A stretch of 64,000 nt of DNA from a virus (Duplodnaviria > Caudoviricetes), in IMG/VR virus record IMGVR_UViG_3300037067_016777, positions 205,106 through 269,105 of that record; one strand, 5' to 3'. This document shows, one piece after another, positions 15,650-24,624 of this stretch (position 1 is the stretch's first letter; every line of letters begins with the position of its first letter). The position numbers were made by a program, and so were the translations under genes. Below the pieces are notes generated by a model. It did not search any database and had not been told where the DNA came from. It was given only the letters and a program-made list of their open reading frames with translations.

Positions 15650-18388
15650 ATGACAACAAAAATCGGGCTAACAACATATATAGAAGTGATTCAAGTTACG
15701 CCATTAGTGAGTAGATTTAATATTAGTAATATTATATTAGGTGCTTCAAGATGGCAGAATCCAGGTAATCGTTTTGATGTGATGGGCGATGGTGTCGTTG
15801 ATATTAATGACTACAATGCAATAGTTAATTATATTGCAAGTCATGGTAGTGGAGTACTACCAAAAAATAGAATTGCAAATCAACCTTATGTCGATGTTAA
15901 TGGAGATGGTAAGGTTGATAGTCAAGATATATCTCAAATATTAGCATATCTACAGAGCAAGAAATTAGTAGACAACACAATAACTGCAGAATATAATATT
16001 TCTGATTTTAAGATTCAACGAGATCTTGTAGATCCTGCTGTAGTTGTGACTGTTAAGGATGTAGCTGCGTATAAAAACATATTTCCAACTAGTGATTATT
16101 TGGTTTTTTTAAGAAATCTATCAACTAATGAATTAACTGAAACCACATACGCAACTGCCGTATCGAGTCGCGATAGTCTTGTGTTTATTGATAGTGATGT
16201 TATTGTGCCAGTGCATCCGTTTACTCCAGGATGTTATAACAATTCATGTGTTTTCAGACTTATACAATCTAGAATCGCAGCAAGTGAGATATTACCGATC
16301 CGATTCAACAAGACAGCTGGCGCGACTGGTGTTTCAACAGCCGGTACTGGGCTACCTATGCCAGGCATGGATACGAGTGAGATGCCAGTGCCTACAACGG
16401 TAACAGAAACAACGGCGACAGTAGTTGACACAATAGAAACGACTACAACTACAGCCAATAAGACGGATGTGGTAGCACCACCAGTTGTCTTACTTGATTT
16501 ATTTCCATCTACATGTGCGATAATCGGCGAAATTAAATTAGTTGCTACATCTATGCATGGAGATAACAACTCAGGAGTTACAACTTGTACGGCAAAGATG
16601 ACATCAAATACTGCACCATCGCCATATGTATCGAGTGCAGATAGTGAATATTTTATCAACAATCCGACATATCTTGGGCAGTACGTTTTTAAATCGTTCA
16701 ACCATGGTTCTTTGCAAATCTCAACAAATCTTGATCCGACTACGCCAGATTTTTATCATTGGGTTGGCGGACCATATGAAATAAATTGGGCATTATCTGG
16801 TGGCGACGATCCTTCTCGTATGGCTGGCTTTATAAGTCCGTCAACAATATCCGGCAGTTATATGATATGCTTAGAGGATGAAGGACCTCCTCGTGGATCT
16901 GTGTTCGATTCATGTGTGCTAGTGATACCACAATCAGATGGATCGTGTAAGTGTCTATGGAATGGCGAGTCAAATCACACATATACTCATAAACTGTATA
17001 GTCCTGATGGTAATATACTATTTGATCCGTTTCAGAGAGGAGATGTTTGGTATACTTGGGCTATAGCATCATCTTCTTGCCCAGCGTGGAAGGCGTTTAA
17101 TAGAACAAATTCAAGTGAAACCGACATTTGGTCGAGTGCATCAATTAGCTTTCCACATTTTTTGCAATATGATTTTAGCAGTGCTGTAATCATAAATAAG
17201 TATGCAATACAGGAACGCAATTCAGCAGATTATACGGGATTTCCGAAGAACTTTACGTTTCAAGGATCAAATGATAATATTAATTGGACGATATTAGATT
17301 CCAGGGTGAACGTTTCAGCTCCAGGGCCAGCTAGTTGGAGCCCTTACTTCACATTTAATAATGGAACAGCTTATCGTTATTATCGATTAAGCATAACTGC
17401 TGTAGTTGGCAATATCAATAGAGCAGTTGTAGCTGAGCTTAAGTTAATCTGTGCTTCTATGGATGGGGCCGATAACAGTGCTACTAACGCTTGTACTGCA
17501 ATAATGGCATCAAATAATGTTCCGAGCCCAAACGCTACTAACGCAAGCAGCGAATACTATTCTGAATATCGATCTACTTATTATTCAGCATGGAAAGCAT
17601 TCAATAAAACGAATCTTGGTGAATCCGATAGATGGATTAGTGCAGCGTCGATCGCACCGTGGTATGTTCAATATGATTTTGGTGCTGGAAATGCAACGGC
17701 TATAAACAAGTACGCAATACAGGAACAGAATTATAGCGGCACTACAGTGGTAAATGGTGAAATCGTAAATGAACAGAATTATAATTGCGATAACGGATTT
17801 CCAAAGGATTTCTTGCTCCAAGGTTCTAATGATGCAAGCAACTGGACTACATTAGATACTCGGACTAGTATCGCGGCCCCCGGTATGAATAATTGGTCTG
17901 ATTGGTTTACATTTGATAATGGCACATCATATCGTTATTATAGGGTTTATATCACTGCTATTAATGGACAGCTTCCTATGCCGATTGCCGGTGAAACAAC
18001 ATCTGATTGTGTGATTACTGCCAGCAGCAATGCGACGATACGTAATGTTGTAATCACGCAATATAATGAAGATGAAAGGACCTCTACATTTGCGACTACT
18101 GGGCATTCGCAAACAACGCTATATTCTAATCAAGATCTTTTAATTACTTTTAATGCGCACGACTATCAAGGTGTTTATACTGCTTCACTATGGCTTGATG
18201 GCATTAAAATTCCGATCACAACAGGACCGCAGGCTAATACGAGTATTGGCGGCATGGATTTTGGTGTAGCAATTGGGAAGCGTGCTTCTGGGACACATAC
18301 TTACACGATTATTGCTACGAATAACGATGGTTATTCGACGTCACCATCATATTCGTGTTGGTTTACTATATTACAGGGCGGAGCATGA
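15650..18388 (+). CDS. Putative tail fibre / adhesin with a dockerin-like domain and two discoidin (F5/8 type C) domains
   Basis: WQNP..RFDV.GDG.VD..D...I.NY...YVDVNGDGKVD..D is dockerin-like. Two copies of M.SN..PSP...A.SEY...AWKAFN...QYDF....INKYAIQE...FPK.F..QGSND..NWT.LD.R...YRYYR. Confidence 0.7.
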   Translation: MTTKIGLTTYIEVIQVTPLVSRFNISNIILGASRWQNPGNRFDVMGDGVVDINDYNAIVNYIASHGSGVLPKNRIANQPYVDVNGDGKVDSQDISQILAYLQSKKLVDNTITAEYNISDFKIQRDLVDPAVVVTVKDVAAYKNIFPTSDYLVFLRNLSTNELTETTYATAVSSRDSLVFIDSDVIVPVHPFTPGCYNNSCVFRLIQSRIAASEILPIRFNKTAGATGVSTAGTGLPMPGMDTSEMPVPTTVTETTATVVDTIETTTTTANKTDVVAPPVVLLDLFPSTCAIIGEIKLVATSMHGDNNSGVTTCTAKMTSNTAPSPYVSSADSEYFINNPTYLGQYVFKSFNHGSLQISTNLDPTTPDFYHWVGGPYEINWALSGGDDPSRMAGFISPSTISGSYMICLEDEGPPRGSVFDSCVLVIPQSDGSCKCLWNGESNHTYTHKLYSPDGNILFDPFQRGDVWYTWAIASSSCPAWKAFNRTNSSETDIWSSASISFPHFLQYDFSSAVIINKYAIQERNSADYTGFPKNFTFQGSNDNINWTILDSRVNVSAPGPASWSPYFTFNNGTAYRYYRLSITAVVGNINRAVVAELKLICASMDGADNSATNACTAIMASNNVPSPNATNASSEYYSEYRSTYYSAWKAFNKTNLGESDRWISAASIAPWYVQYDFGAGNATAINKYAIQEQNYSGTTVVNGEIVNEQNYNCDNGFPKDFLLQGSNDASNWTTLDTRTSIAAPGMNNWSDWFTFDNGTSYRYYRVYITAINGQLPMPIAGETTSDCVITASSNATIRNVVITQYNEDERTSTFATTGHSQTTLYSNQDLLITFNAHDYQGVYTASLWLDGIKIPITTGPQANTSIGGMDFGVAIGKRASGTHTYTIIATNNDGYSTSPSYSCWFTILQGGA

Positions 18389-21267
18389 CATATACAATAT
18401 CATTTAATAATAGATATATGGTTACTGGGTTTGTAAATGCAAGCCTCCTACCCGGCACGCCATTTATTAATATGTGGGGTAATGTCACGGTTGCCAGTCT
18501 TCTAACAACAGATAAGAAGGGTGTCACAAGCAGAATTAGCAGGCGTTTGCAAAGCCAAAATCAAGACAACATATCTGTAGCTTACGATGAATCGACATTA
18601 GATTCAATTTTAGCATTATTGCGTATTTGTCGTTGGCCTAATATTTCATATTATACGGCTTTTTCAAGCAACGCAAATACATCATATCCATGTACAGTTA
18701 CGAATCTTGAAACCAATCAATGGGTTTCTCAACCGATTGATATAGATATCGATCACACAATATTTACAACGCAATATGCTATTTGGTATACACACCAACT
18801 AGAATATTCCGGTTTTCATATACCTCAAAATAGTGACATCTGGAGTGGCGGTTTGGTTTTAGGATCATCAGGCACAATGATCGATCTGGGCGAATATCTC
18901 ACGCAAGATGTGATGTTCGGTGATGTCGATCAATATGTGCCAACTTATATTGAGAAATTAACTGTAGCGTTATCTATACCTGGTTATCAATATCTGCGTG
19001 CGCAAGGGTATACTACGCCATTTGTGAGAGCAGATATGCCTTATACGCTTGAATGGTTAAATGATTCGCCAGACGTTGTTGCCACTAAATTATATTGTAG
19101 AGATCTTTGTTGTGCTGGTTGTGATGGTGTTTATCTTGGCAGCTTTGCGCCATCAGGATCATATGAAGTTGACGGCCATCCAAGAGGAACACAGCGTTTA
19201 TGGGTTATTAAGGGTGTCAATAGTGTAGGCACTGTTATAACGCAGATGTGGTTCAGCGCTGTTCCGGTTTGTCCAAGAAGATTGACATATTTTGGCGAAT
19301 TCATAGAAGACTGCAAACTTGCACCGTCTCCGCCGCCACCTCCGCCACCACCATCGCCAACTCCTCTACCACCGCCGCTTTCTCCATCAGTTAGTCCGTC
19401 ACCATCACCATCGCCATCAGTATCTTCGTGGTTGTCGGCATCACCGTCGTTGTTGTCACCATCAGCAGCGTCTATATCTCCTTCATTGTTGTCGCCATCG
19501 GCAGCATCAATATCTCCTTCATTGTTGTCTCCTTCATTGTTGTCGCCTTCGTTATTATCGCCATCAGCAGCATCACCGTCAGCAGCATCACCATCGGCAG
19601 CATCACCATCGCCATCAGCAGCATCGCCATCAGCAGCATCTATATCTCCTTCATTGTTGTCGCCTTCGTTATTATCGCCATCACCGTCACTCTCAACTCC
19701 GATTACACACGACGACCGATATCCAAGCATCTCTGACACAGTTGATGGTAGGTTTGTGATTGCATGGTCGCGGCATACATACGCATCAGCAACTAAAGAC
19801 AATGTGACCATAATGGCACAAGTCTTTACCGCTGATAACGTAGCGGTTGGTCCAGCGTTCATAGTGCCAACTTATACTGGGACATATCTTGTAGATTCAG
19901 ATTGGTACCCACAACCTATCGATCTGACTGCTGTAGCAATAGCACGAGATGGGACATTTGTTGTTGTATGGCAGGGACCTAGTGACGATTTTGGTACCGG
20001 TATTCATATGCGAATGTATAGTGCCACTGGTACTCCGCTCACTGGGCAAAATCGTGTTAATATTCTAGATGCTGCCTATTTCCGAGAGCCTTCGATATCG
20101 ATGCGTTATGATAAAACCTTCATCATAACCTGGCGCAAATCAATTACTGGATCTACATCTCCTAAGTATACTATCTGCGGCCAGAGATATACAGCAGCCG
20201 GTGTGAAAACTGGCGTTTCAAGCTTCCAAATCAATCAAGTTACCACTTCGTCTGTACTGAACACAGATGTCGGTGTAGCTGATGACGGCAGTTTTATCGT
20301 TGTCTGGGATTACTACTCGTCTGCCGATAGCGGTTATGTTCCGATGGGACGTAGGTTTAACTCTTCTGGTACAGCATTGACCAATGAATTTAAAGTTAAT
20401 GCAACTGGCTCGTATTATGCTGGAGTACAACAATTAGGCACACGACCGAGAGTGGCGGTAGCTCCTGGAGGGCGTTTCTCTGTCGTATGGCATGCAGATG
20501 TTACTACTGCCGTTACCAATATTTACTGCCAACTGTATTGGGCGGATTGTACTCCATATGGTAGTCAATTCCAGGTTAACGACGTTGCGTCATTAATGGA
20601 CAGATTATATCCAGATGTTGCGTGCGATCGCGACGGCAATTTCACTGTTGTATGGCAGATGTATGGCTATAGTACCAGCGGTTATGGTGAAATGCACGAT
20701 GATCCGATTACTCTTGATTATGGTATTTTCGGGCGACTGTTTGATGTAAATGGTGTTGCTAAAACTGGAGATCTCTATATAAATAACCCGAATTATCCTG
20801 ATGGCCGTGCTATTGGTGCCCAAACATTCCCGTCAGTTACACGTAGCGACGGTAGTGGTAAATTTGTGGCGGCTTGGGGTGGATATCAGGGTACGGCTCC
20901 ATCTGGAGGCATACAGGGGGTTTGGCATTCAGATAAATGGTATCCAACTCCTTTGCCAACAGTCACATTCACTTTGACAGCGCCAACGTCAGGCTCTTAT
21001 GTTGCAGGATCGATCGTACCTGCAACTTGGTGGGCGACCGGAATACAAGCAGGCTATACCGTCAATTTGGGTTATATAACCTCATCTGACTGGTCTGGCG
21101 TACAACATTGGATCTCAGTTGGTGAAATTTATGGATCGAACGGTTCGACTACTTGGAATTGGGACACAACAGGCGTTCCACCAGGAACGTATTATATGAT
21201 TGGTTATGTTTGGAATGGTGGAACCGGAACTTATTCACATGTTGCGACGACGTTTAGAATCATATAA
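18385..21267 (+). CDS. Large putative virion surface protein with a Ser/Pro-rich linker, VAxxxDGxF(V/I)VxW repeats and a C-terminal Ig-like domain
   Basis: ATGA overlap with the previous gene; about six DGxFxVxW repeats (beta-propeller-like); C-terminal WNWDTTGVPPGTYY. Confidence 0.65.
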   Translation: MTYTISFNNRYMVTGFVNASLLPGTPFINMWGNVTVASLLTTDKKGVTSRISRRLQSQNQDNISVAYDESTLDSILALLRICRWPNISYYTAFSSNANTSYPCTVTNLETNQWVSQPIDIDIDHTIFTTQYAIWYTHQLEYSGFHIPQNSDIWSGGLVLGSSGTMIDLGEYLTQDVMFGDVDQYVPTYIEKLTVALSIPGYQYLRAQGYTTPFVRADMPYTLEWLNDSPDVVATKLYCRDLCCAGCDGVYLGSFAPSGSYEVDGHPRGTQRLWVIKGVNSVGTVITQMWFSAVPVCPRRLTYFGEFIEDCKLAPSPPPPPPPPSPTPLPPPLSPSVSPSPSPSPSVSSWLSASPSLLSPSAASISPSLLSPSAASISPSLLSPSLLSPSLLSPSAASPSAASPSAASPSPSAASPSAASISPSLLSPSLLSPSPSLSTPITHDDRYPSISDTVDGRFVIAWSRHTYASATKDNVTIMAQVFTADNVAVGPAFIVPTYTGTYLVDSDWYPQPIDLTAVAIARDGTFVVVWQGPSDDFGTGIHMRMYSATGTPLTGQNRVNILDAAYFREPSISMRYDKTFIITWRKSITGSTSPKYTICGQRYTAAGVKTGVSSFQINQVTTSSVLNTDVGVADDGSFIVVWDYYSSADSGYVPMGRRFNSSGTALTNEFKVNATGSYYAGVQQLGTRPRVAVAPGGRFSVVWHADVTTAVTNIYCQLYWADCTPYGSQFQVNDVASLMDRLYPDVACDRDGNFTVVWQMYGYSTSGYGEMHDDPITLDYGIFGRLFDVNGVAKTGDLYINNPNYPDGRAIGAQTFPSVTRSDGSGKFVAAWGGYQGTAPSGGIQGVWHSDKWYPTPLPTVTFTLTAPTSGSYVAGSIVPATWWATGIQAGYTVNLGYITSSDWSGVQHWISVGEIYGSNGSTTWNWDTTGVPPGTYYMIGYVWNGGTGTYSHVATTFRII
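19321..19695 (+). repeat. Low-complexity coding repeat (poly-Pro, then SPSAA / SPSLL / SPSAASI units)
   Basis: Degenerate 15- and 21-nt units such as tcgccatcagcagca and tctccttcattgttg. Confidence 0.9.
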
Positions 21268-21287
21268 TTCTTGGTATTTTATGGCTA

Positions 21288-22379
21288 ATGAACGTCCCAA
21301 TACCGCCAGATAAGATAACTGCTTGGGTTTATAAATATTTTCCCGATTGTAAACCGAGGAAGGGCGGCGACGAGCTGCGTATCAATAATCCATTTGATGG
21401 TGATACTGGATATCATTTTAACGTAAGCATAATCAAGGCTTCCGTTCATGACTGGCGCGGAGATTCGTCGTGGGTTGGCTTCAATCCGAATACTGGTAAG
21501 CTGCAACATAGAACATTTATAAGATTTGTTCAGTTATATCTGACACAACAGCGTGGCAGATGCTCGTTTCCAGATGCTATTCAAGATGTTCTGGGAGCGT
21601 CTTCTGGTGCCCGTGCCTTATTTAAGTGGCAAAAAACACGTCTTTTGCCAGAAGAAAAGGAAGCTATATCTCTCGCTCTCCCAGAAGGTGCTACTGAATT
21701 TGGGCAATCACAACCGAAATTGGTAGCTGGACTGGTCGCATGGCTTGCCAGTCGTGGTGTTGATAGCAAGAAGATCAATAAATATAGAATAATGTATAGT
21801 GGCCTGAGTGTTGTTTGGCCATATTTTGAGTACGATCAGATGGTATATTGGCAGAGTAGATCTCGTTTGAATAAGACCTTTCGATTTCCGCCAGAGAGTG
21901 TCGGAGTAACGAAAGGTCAATTCTTTTATGGGTTTGATCAAATAGAACCGGCTAGTTTTGTTATAATAGTGGAGTCTATTTTCAACTGCTTGACGCTAGA
22001 GGATCAGTGCCTGGCTTCTGGTGGAGCGTCGTTAACCGAGACACAAGTGAAGAAGATACGACTGCTCGGTCCGAAGGATGGAATAATTCTTGCACCAGAT
22101 AATGATAAAGCTGGTATTTCTAGTGTACTCCATAACGCGGCGTTATTGCAGCAGCTCAATTATAGAATCTTTTATGCTTTACCGCCGATTGTGAAGTTGT
22201 CAGACAATACTATGAGTAATGATTGGAATGACTTGGTAAAAGTCGCAGGTATAACAGAGATACGGAAAACTTTTGAAAAAAGTGTGAAGCCGTTTAACGC
22301 ACAGCAGAAACTATACCTAGAGAATAGGTTGAAAAGTATGGGAGAAACAATTAAACCGCATCTTCTCAGCTATGGTTGA
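21288..22379 (+). CDS. DNA primase (DnaG/Toprim-like)
   Basis: YWQSR, IIVES.FN, GG, ILAPDNDKAG and DWND Toprim motifs. Confidence 0.75.
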   Translation: MNVPIPPDKITAWVYKYFPDCKPRKGGDELRINNPFDGDTGYHFNVSIIKASVHDWRGDSSWVGFNPNTGKLQHRTFIRFVQLYLTQQRGRCSFPDAIQDVLGASSGARALFKWQKTRLLPEEKEAISLALPEGATEFGQSQPKLVAGLVAWLASRGVDSKKINKYRIMYSGLSVVWPYFEYDQMVYWQSRSRLNKTFRFPPESVGVTKGQFFYGFDQIEPASFVIIVESIFNCLTLEDQCLASGGASLTETQVKKIRLLGPKDGIILAPDNDKAGISSVLHNAALLQQLNYRIFYALPPIVKLSDNTMSNDWNDLVKVAGITEIRKTFEKSVKPFNAQQKLYLENRLKSMGETIKPHLLSYG

Positions 22380-22444
22380 TCTTGGATGCTATCTGCTCTA
22401 GCAGCCAGCCGCTTATGTTTCCAGAGATCGTCAAGCTTCATAAA

Positions 22445-22807
22445 CTATCTTCTGCGCCAACTATCGATCATCCAAGTGCCAATAATAAGCGCCGACAGAG
22501 TTTTAATGAATTTACCACCCATTTGTATTATGCTCAGCGGATGGTAATTTGGATTGGAGTGTTCCTCTAGAGCGGTATCTAGTTCCCTTGACATTTTTCT
22601 CCACACCGGATCTTTTGCTCTGTCGAGCCCTGTGAAGAATTCTATTTCGCGGTCAGTTTCTGCAGACAGGCGCACTATTTCGTGTTGACAGTCTATTAAT
22701 CTTTCTGGCGATAATTTGCCAGATTTGGCTTTTGCCTCCAACCTCCCAAGTCTGACAATAGACGCCACGTGACTCTTATACATCTTTCTGAGTTGCTCAT
22801 ACTTCAT
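22445..22807 (-). CDS. Hypothetical protein
   Basis: SD AGGAG upstream on the minus strand. Confidence 0.55.
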   Translation of the reverse strand: MKYEQLRKMYKSHVASIVRLGRLEAKAKSGKLSPERLIDCQHEIVRLSAETDREIEFFTGLDRAKDPVWRKMSRELDTALEEHSNPNYHPLSIIQMGGKFIKTLSALIIGTWMIDSWRRR

Positions 22808-22853
22808 TATGGTGCTCCTATTATATCATAGCACCATAAAGCGACTTTCTGAA

Positions 22854-23123
22854 TTATTTTAGTGGATAATCCGAGAGAATAGTAACCTTCGTTTTTGTAA
22901 ATTGTCTATACGCCATATTCCATGAACGTAGTTTTCGGAACCATACCATCTTCTCTGGCAGCGACATTCTTTTTAGTAATGGGAACGCCGCTCTTATACG
23001 CGGAATCTCAGATTTATCCATTGCTGCATGCTTTAATAGAGCTAATCGCTTGCCGTCGTCGTCCAATAGCAGGAATAACGCTGGCTTCTTAGAACGGTCA
23101 TAATTGATAAATAATAGTCGCAT
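22854..23123 (-). CDS. Hypothetical protein
   Basis: SD GAGG upstream; co-oriented with 22445..22807. Confidence 0.55.
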   Translation of the reverse strand: MRLLFINYDRSKKPALFLLLDDDGKRLALLKHAAMDKSEIPRIRAAFPLLKRMSLPEKMVWFRKLRSWNMAYRQFTKTKVTILSDYPLK

Positions 23124-23235
23124 TTTTACCCTCGGTTGATAAGTGTATAACAGATTTCTGATAATCGAAGTACTTCATCCTGCAACTAGAATAGTATATA
23201 TGTTGACCCTCAAACATAGTAAGAGGAGTTTTTCT

Positions 23236-24624
23236 GTGGCTAGCAGCAATAACAAAAAGAGTAAACGTCTTGTTGAGGCTGGTATTCCACAAATAGGTGT
23301 ATCTCCACTTGTTGTTGTAAAACTAATTTCGCCATCTGGTGGTTCGCCGGTTGATGTTGGTGGTAGCTGTATCAAATACGAATTTATCGCAATGCTCAAT
23401 GGTGGTGAACAAGTAAGAGCGAAATTTCACGATCCATATTTTACAGTCTACAAAAATTTTGTCGGTAATGAATACTTTGACTATAGTCGCTCAGAAATAT
23501 TTGCACCTGTAGAAATACAGAGTTTTATTCGTTGGAATGCTACTTCTGAAATGAAAACCGAATTACAGAATCATGCATTAGTAACAATGGCACCATCTGG
23601 CCGTGTAAATGCATCTGAGATAGAATTTCTCGCGGTTGACTATCCCTCATATGTTCTTGTTGGTGGTGATGCTGGCGGTGCTAGCTATCAAGGCAATATA
23701 GTATCTGTCATACAACAGGTGTTCGATAAATATAGTAAAAGTAGATGCGAACTTAAATTCAAGTGCAAGACGCAAGACAATAAATATAATAGATGGTGGC
23801 AACTTCGGATGGACCCGAAGACATTTATTATGTCTATATTAGACTGGTCTACAAGCTTATCTGATAGTAAAACGCGATGGCTGCTCTATGCCGATGGAAC
23901 CAATTTGACGATCACAGAGCAAGCTGCGATGATTTCAAAACATCGAGCTACATATGAGTGGAGAGGATATGGCGGAGATTCAGATAAAAGAACAGGAGAT
24001 ATACTTGAGTGGGAATTTATCGGCGATAATGCTTTGCAGATGATTCAGCATCAGGTAGTCACTAGCGGTATGTCGTCAATATCTGGTGAATATTTTGATC
24101 AATCTCAATATCGAGAAAAGAAAAATGTTGTGTTTGTTGGTGATAGACAAACAGATAAAAAACTCAAGCCTAAGGTCGATGCTGGCGGCGGTTTATCGAG
24201 ATCATATAACAAGCCGGCCACTAACGCCGATTTGCTAGATGATGGTTGTGTTGGATGGAGTGATATGGCATCGATACCAGAATTTTCAGCTGGCGACATG
24301 GGTCTTAAATATCAAGATTTTATAGATGGTCAAGCACGAGGCATGTATCTTTCGTCTAGTTCCACTTTATTACGTATGCGATTTCGCGTGTTTGGTCATT
24401 ACATATGGTCTGGCTCAGAAGGACTTGGAGTCGATACTATTTATATCACACTGACATCTTCTTTAGAAGGTGCTCCACCATATTTTGTGGCTGGTAATTG
24501 GATCGTTTACGGATTTCATCATATTTATACGCCTGGGAAATGGGTTACTGATTTATATTGTTATAGACTTGATAAAAACGCCGCAGCAAAAGAAGTCGGT
24601 AAAGGAGTCGGCAAAGGATCATAA
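23236..24624 (+). CDS. Baseplate hub protein (T4 gp27 / P2 gpD-like)
   Basis: C-terminal GNWIVYGFHHIY...WVTDL is typical of hub proteins. SD GAGGAG precedes GTG 23236 (ORF track 23143). Adjacent to the tape measure gene. Confidence 0.5.
   Translation: MASSNNKKSKRLVEAGIPQIGVSPLVVVKLISPSGGSPVDVGGSCIKYEFIAMLNGGEQVRAKFHDPYFTVYKNFVGNEYFDYSRSEIFAPVEIQSFIRWNATSEMKTELQNHALVTMAPSGRVNASEIEFLAVDYPSYVLVGGDAGGASYQGNIVSVIQQVFDKYSKSRCELKFKCKTQDNKYNRWWQLRMDPKTFIMSILDWSTSLSDSKTRWLLYADGTNLTITEQAAMISKHRATYEWRGYGGDSDKRTGDILEWEFIGDNALQMIQHQVVTSGMSSISGEYFDQSQYREKKNVVFVGDRQTDKKLKPKVDAGGGLSRSYNKPATNADLLDDGCVGWSDMASIPEFSAGDMGLKYQDFIDGQARGMYLSSSSTLLRMRFRVFGHYIWSGSEGLGVDTIYITLTSSLEGAPPYFVAGNWIVYGFHHIYTPGKWVTDLYCYRLDKNAAAKEVGKGVGKGS

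Noticed and set aside
19131-19862. Asp/Gly-rich minus-strand ORF and His/Arg-rich alternative-frame ORFs
   Set aside because: By-products of the Ser/Pro repeat in the real + strand gene.
22376-22570. 64-aa + strand ORF after the primase
   Set aside because: TTG start and overlap with a better-supported minus-strand gene that has a clear SD.
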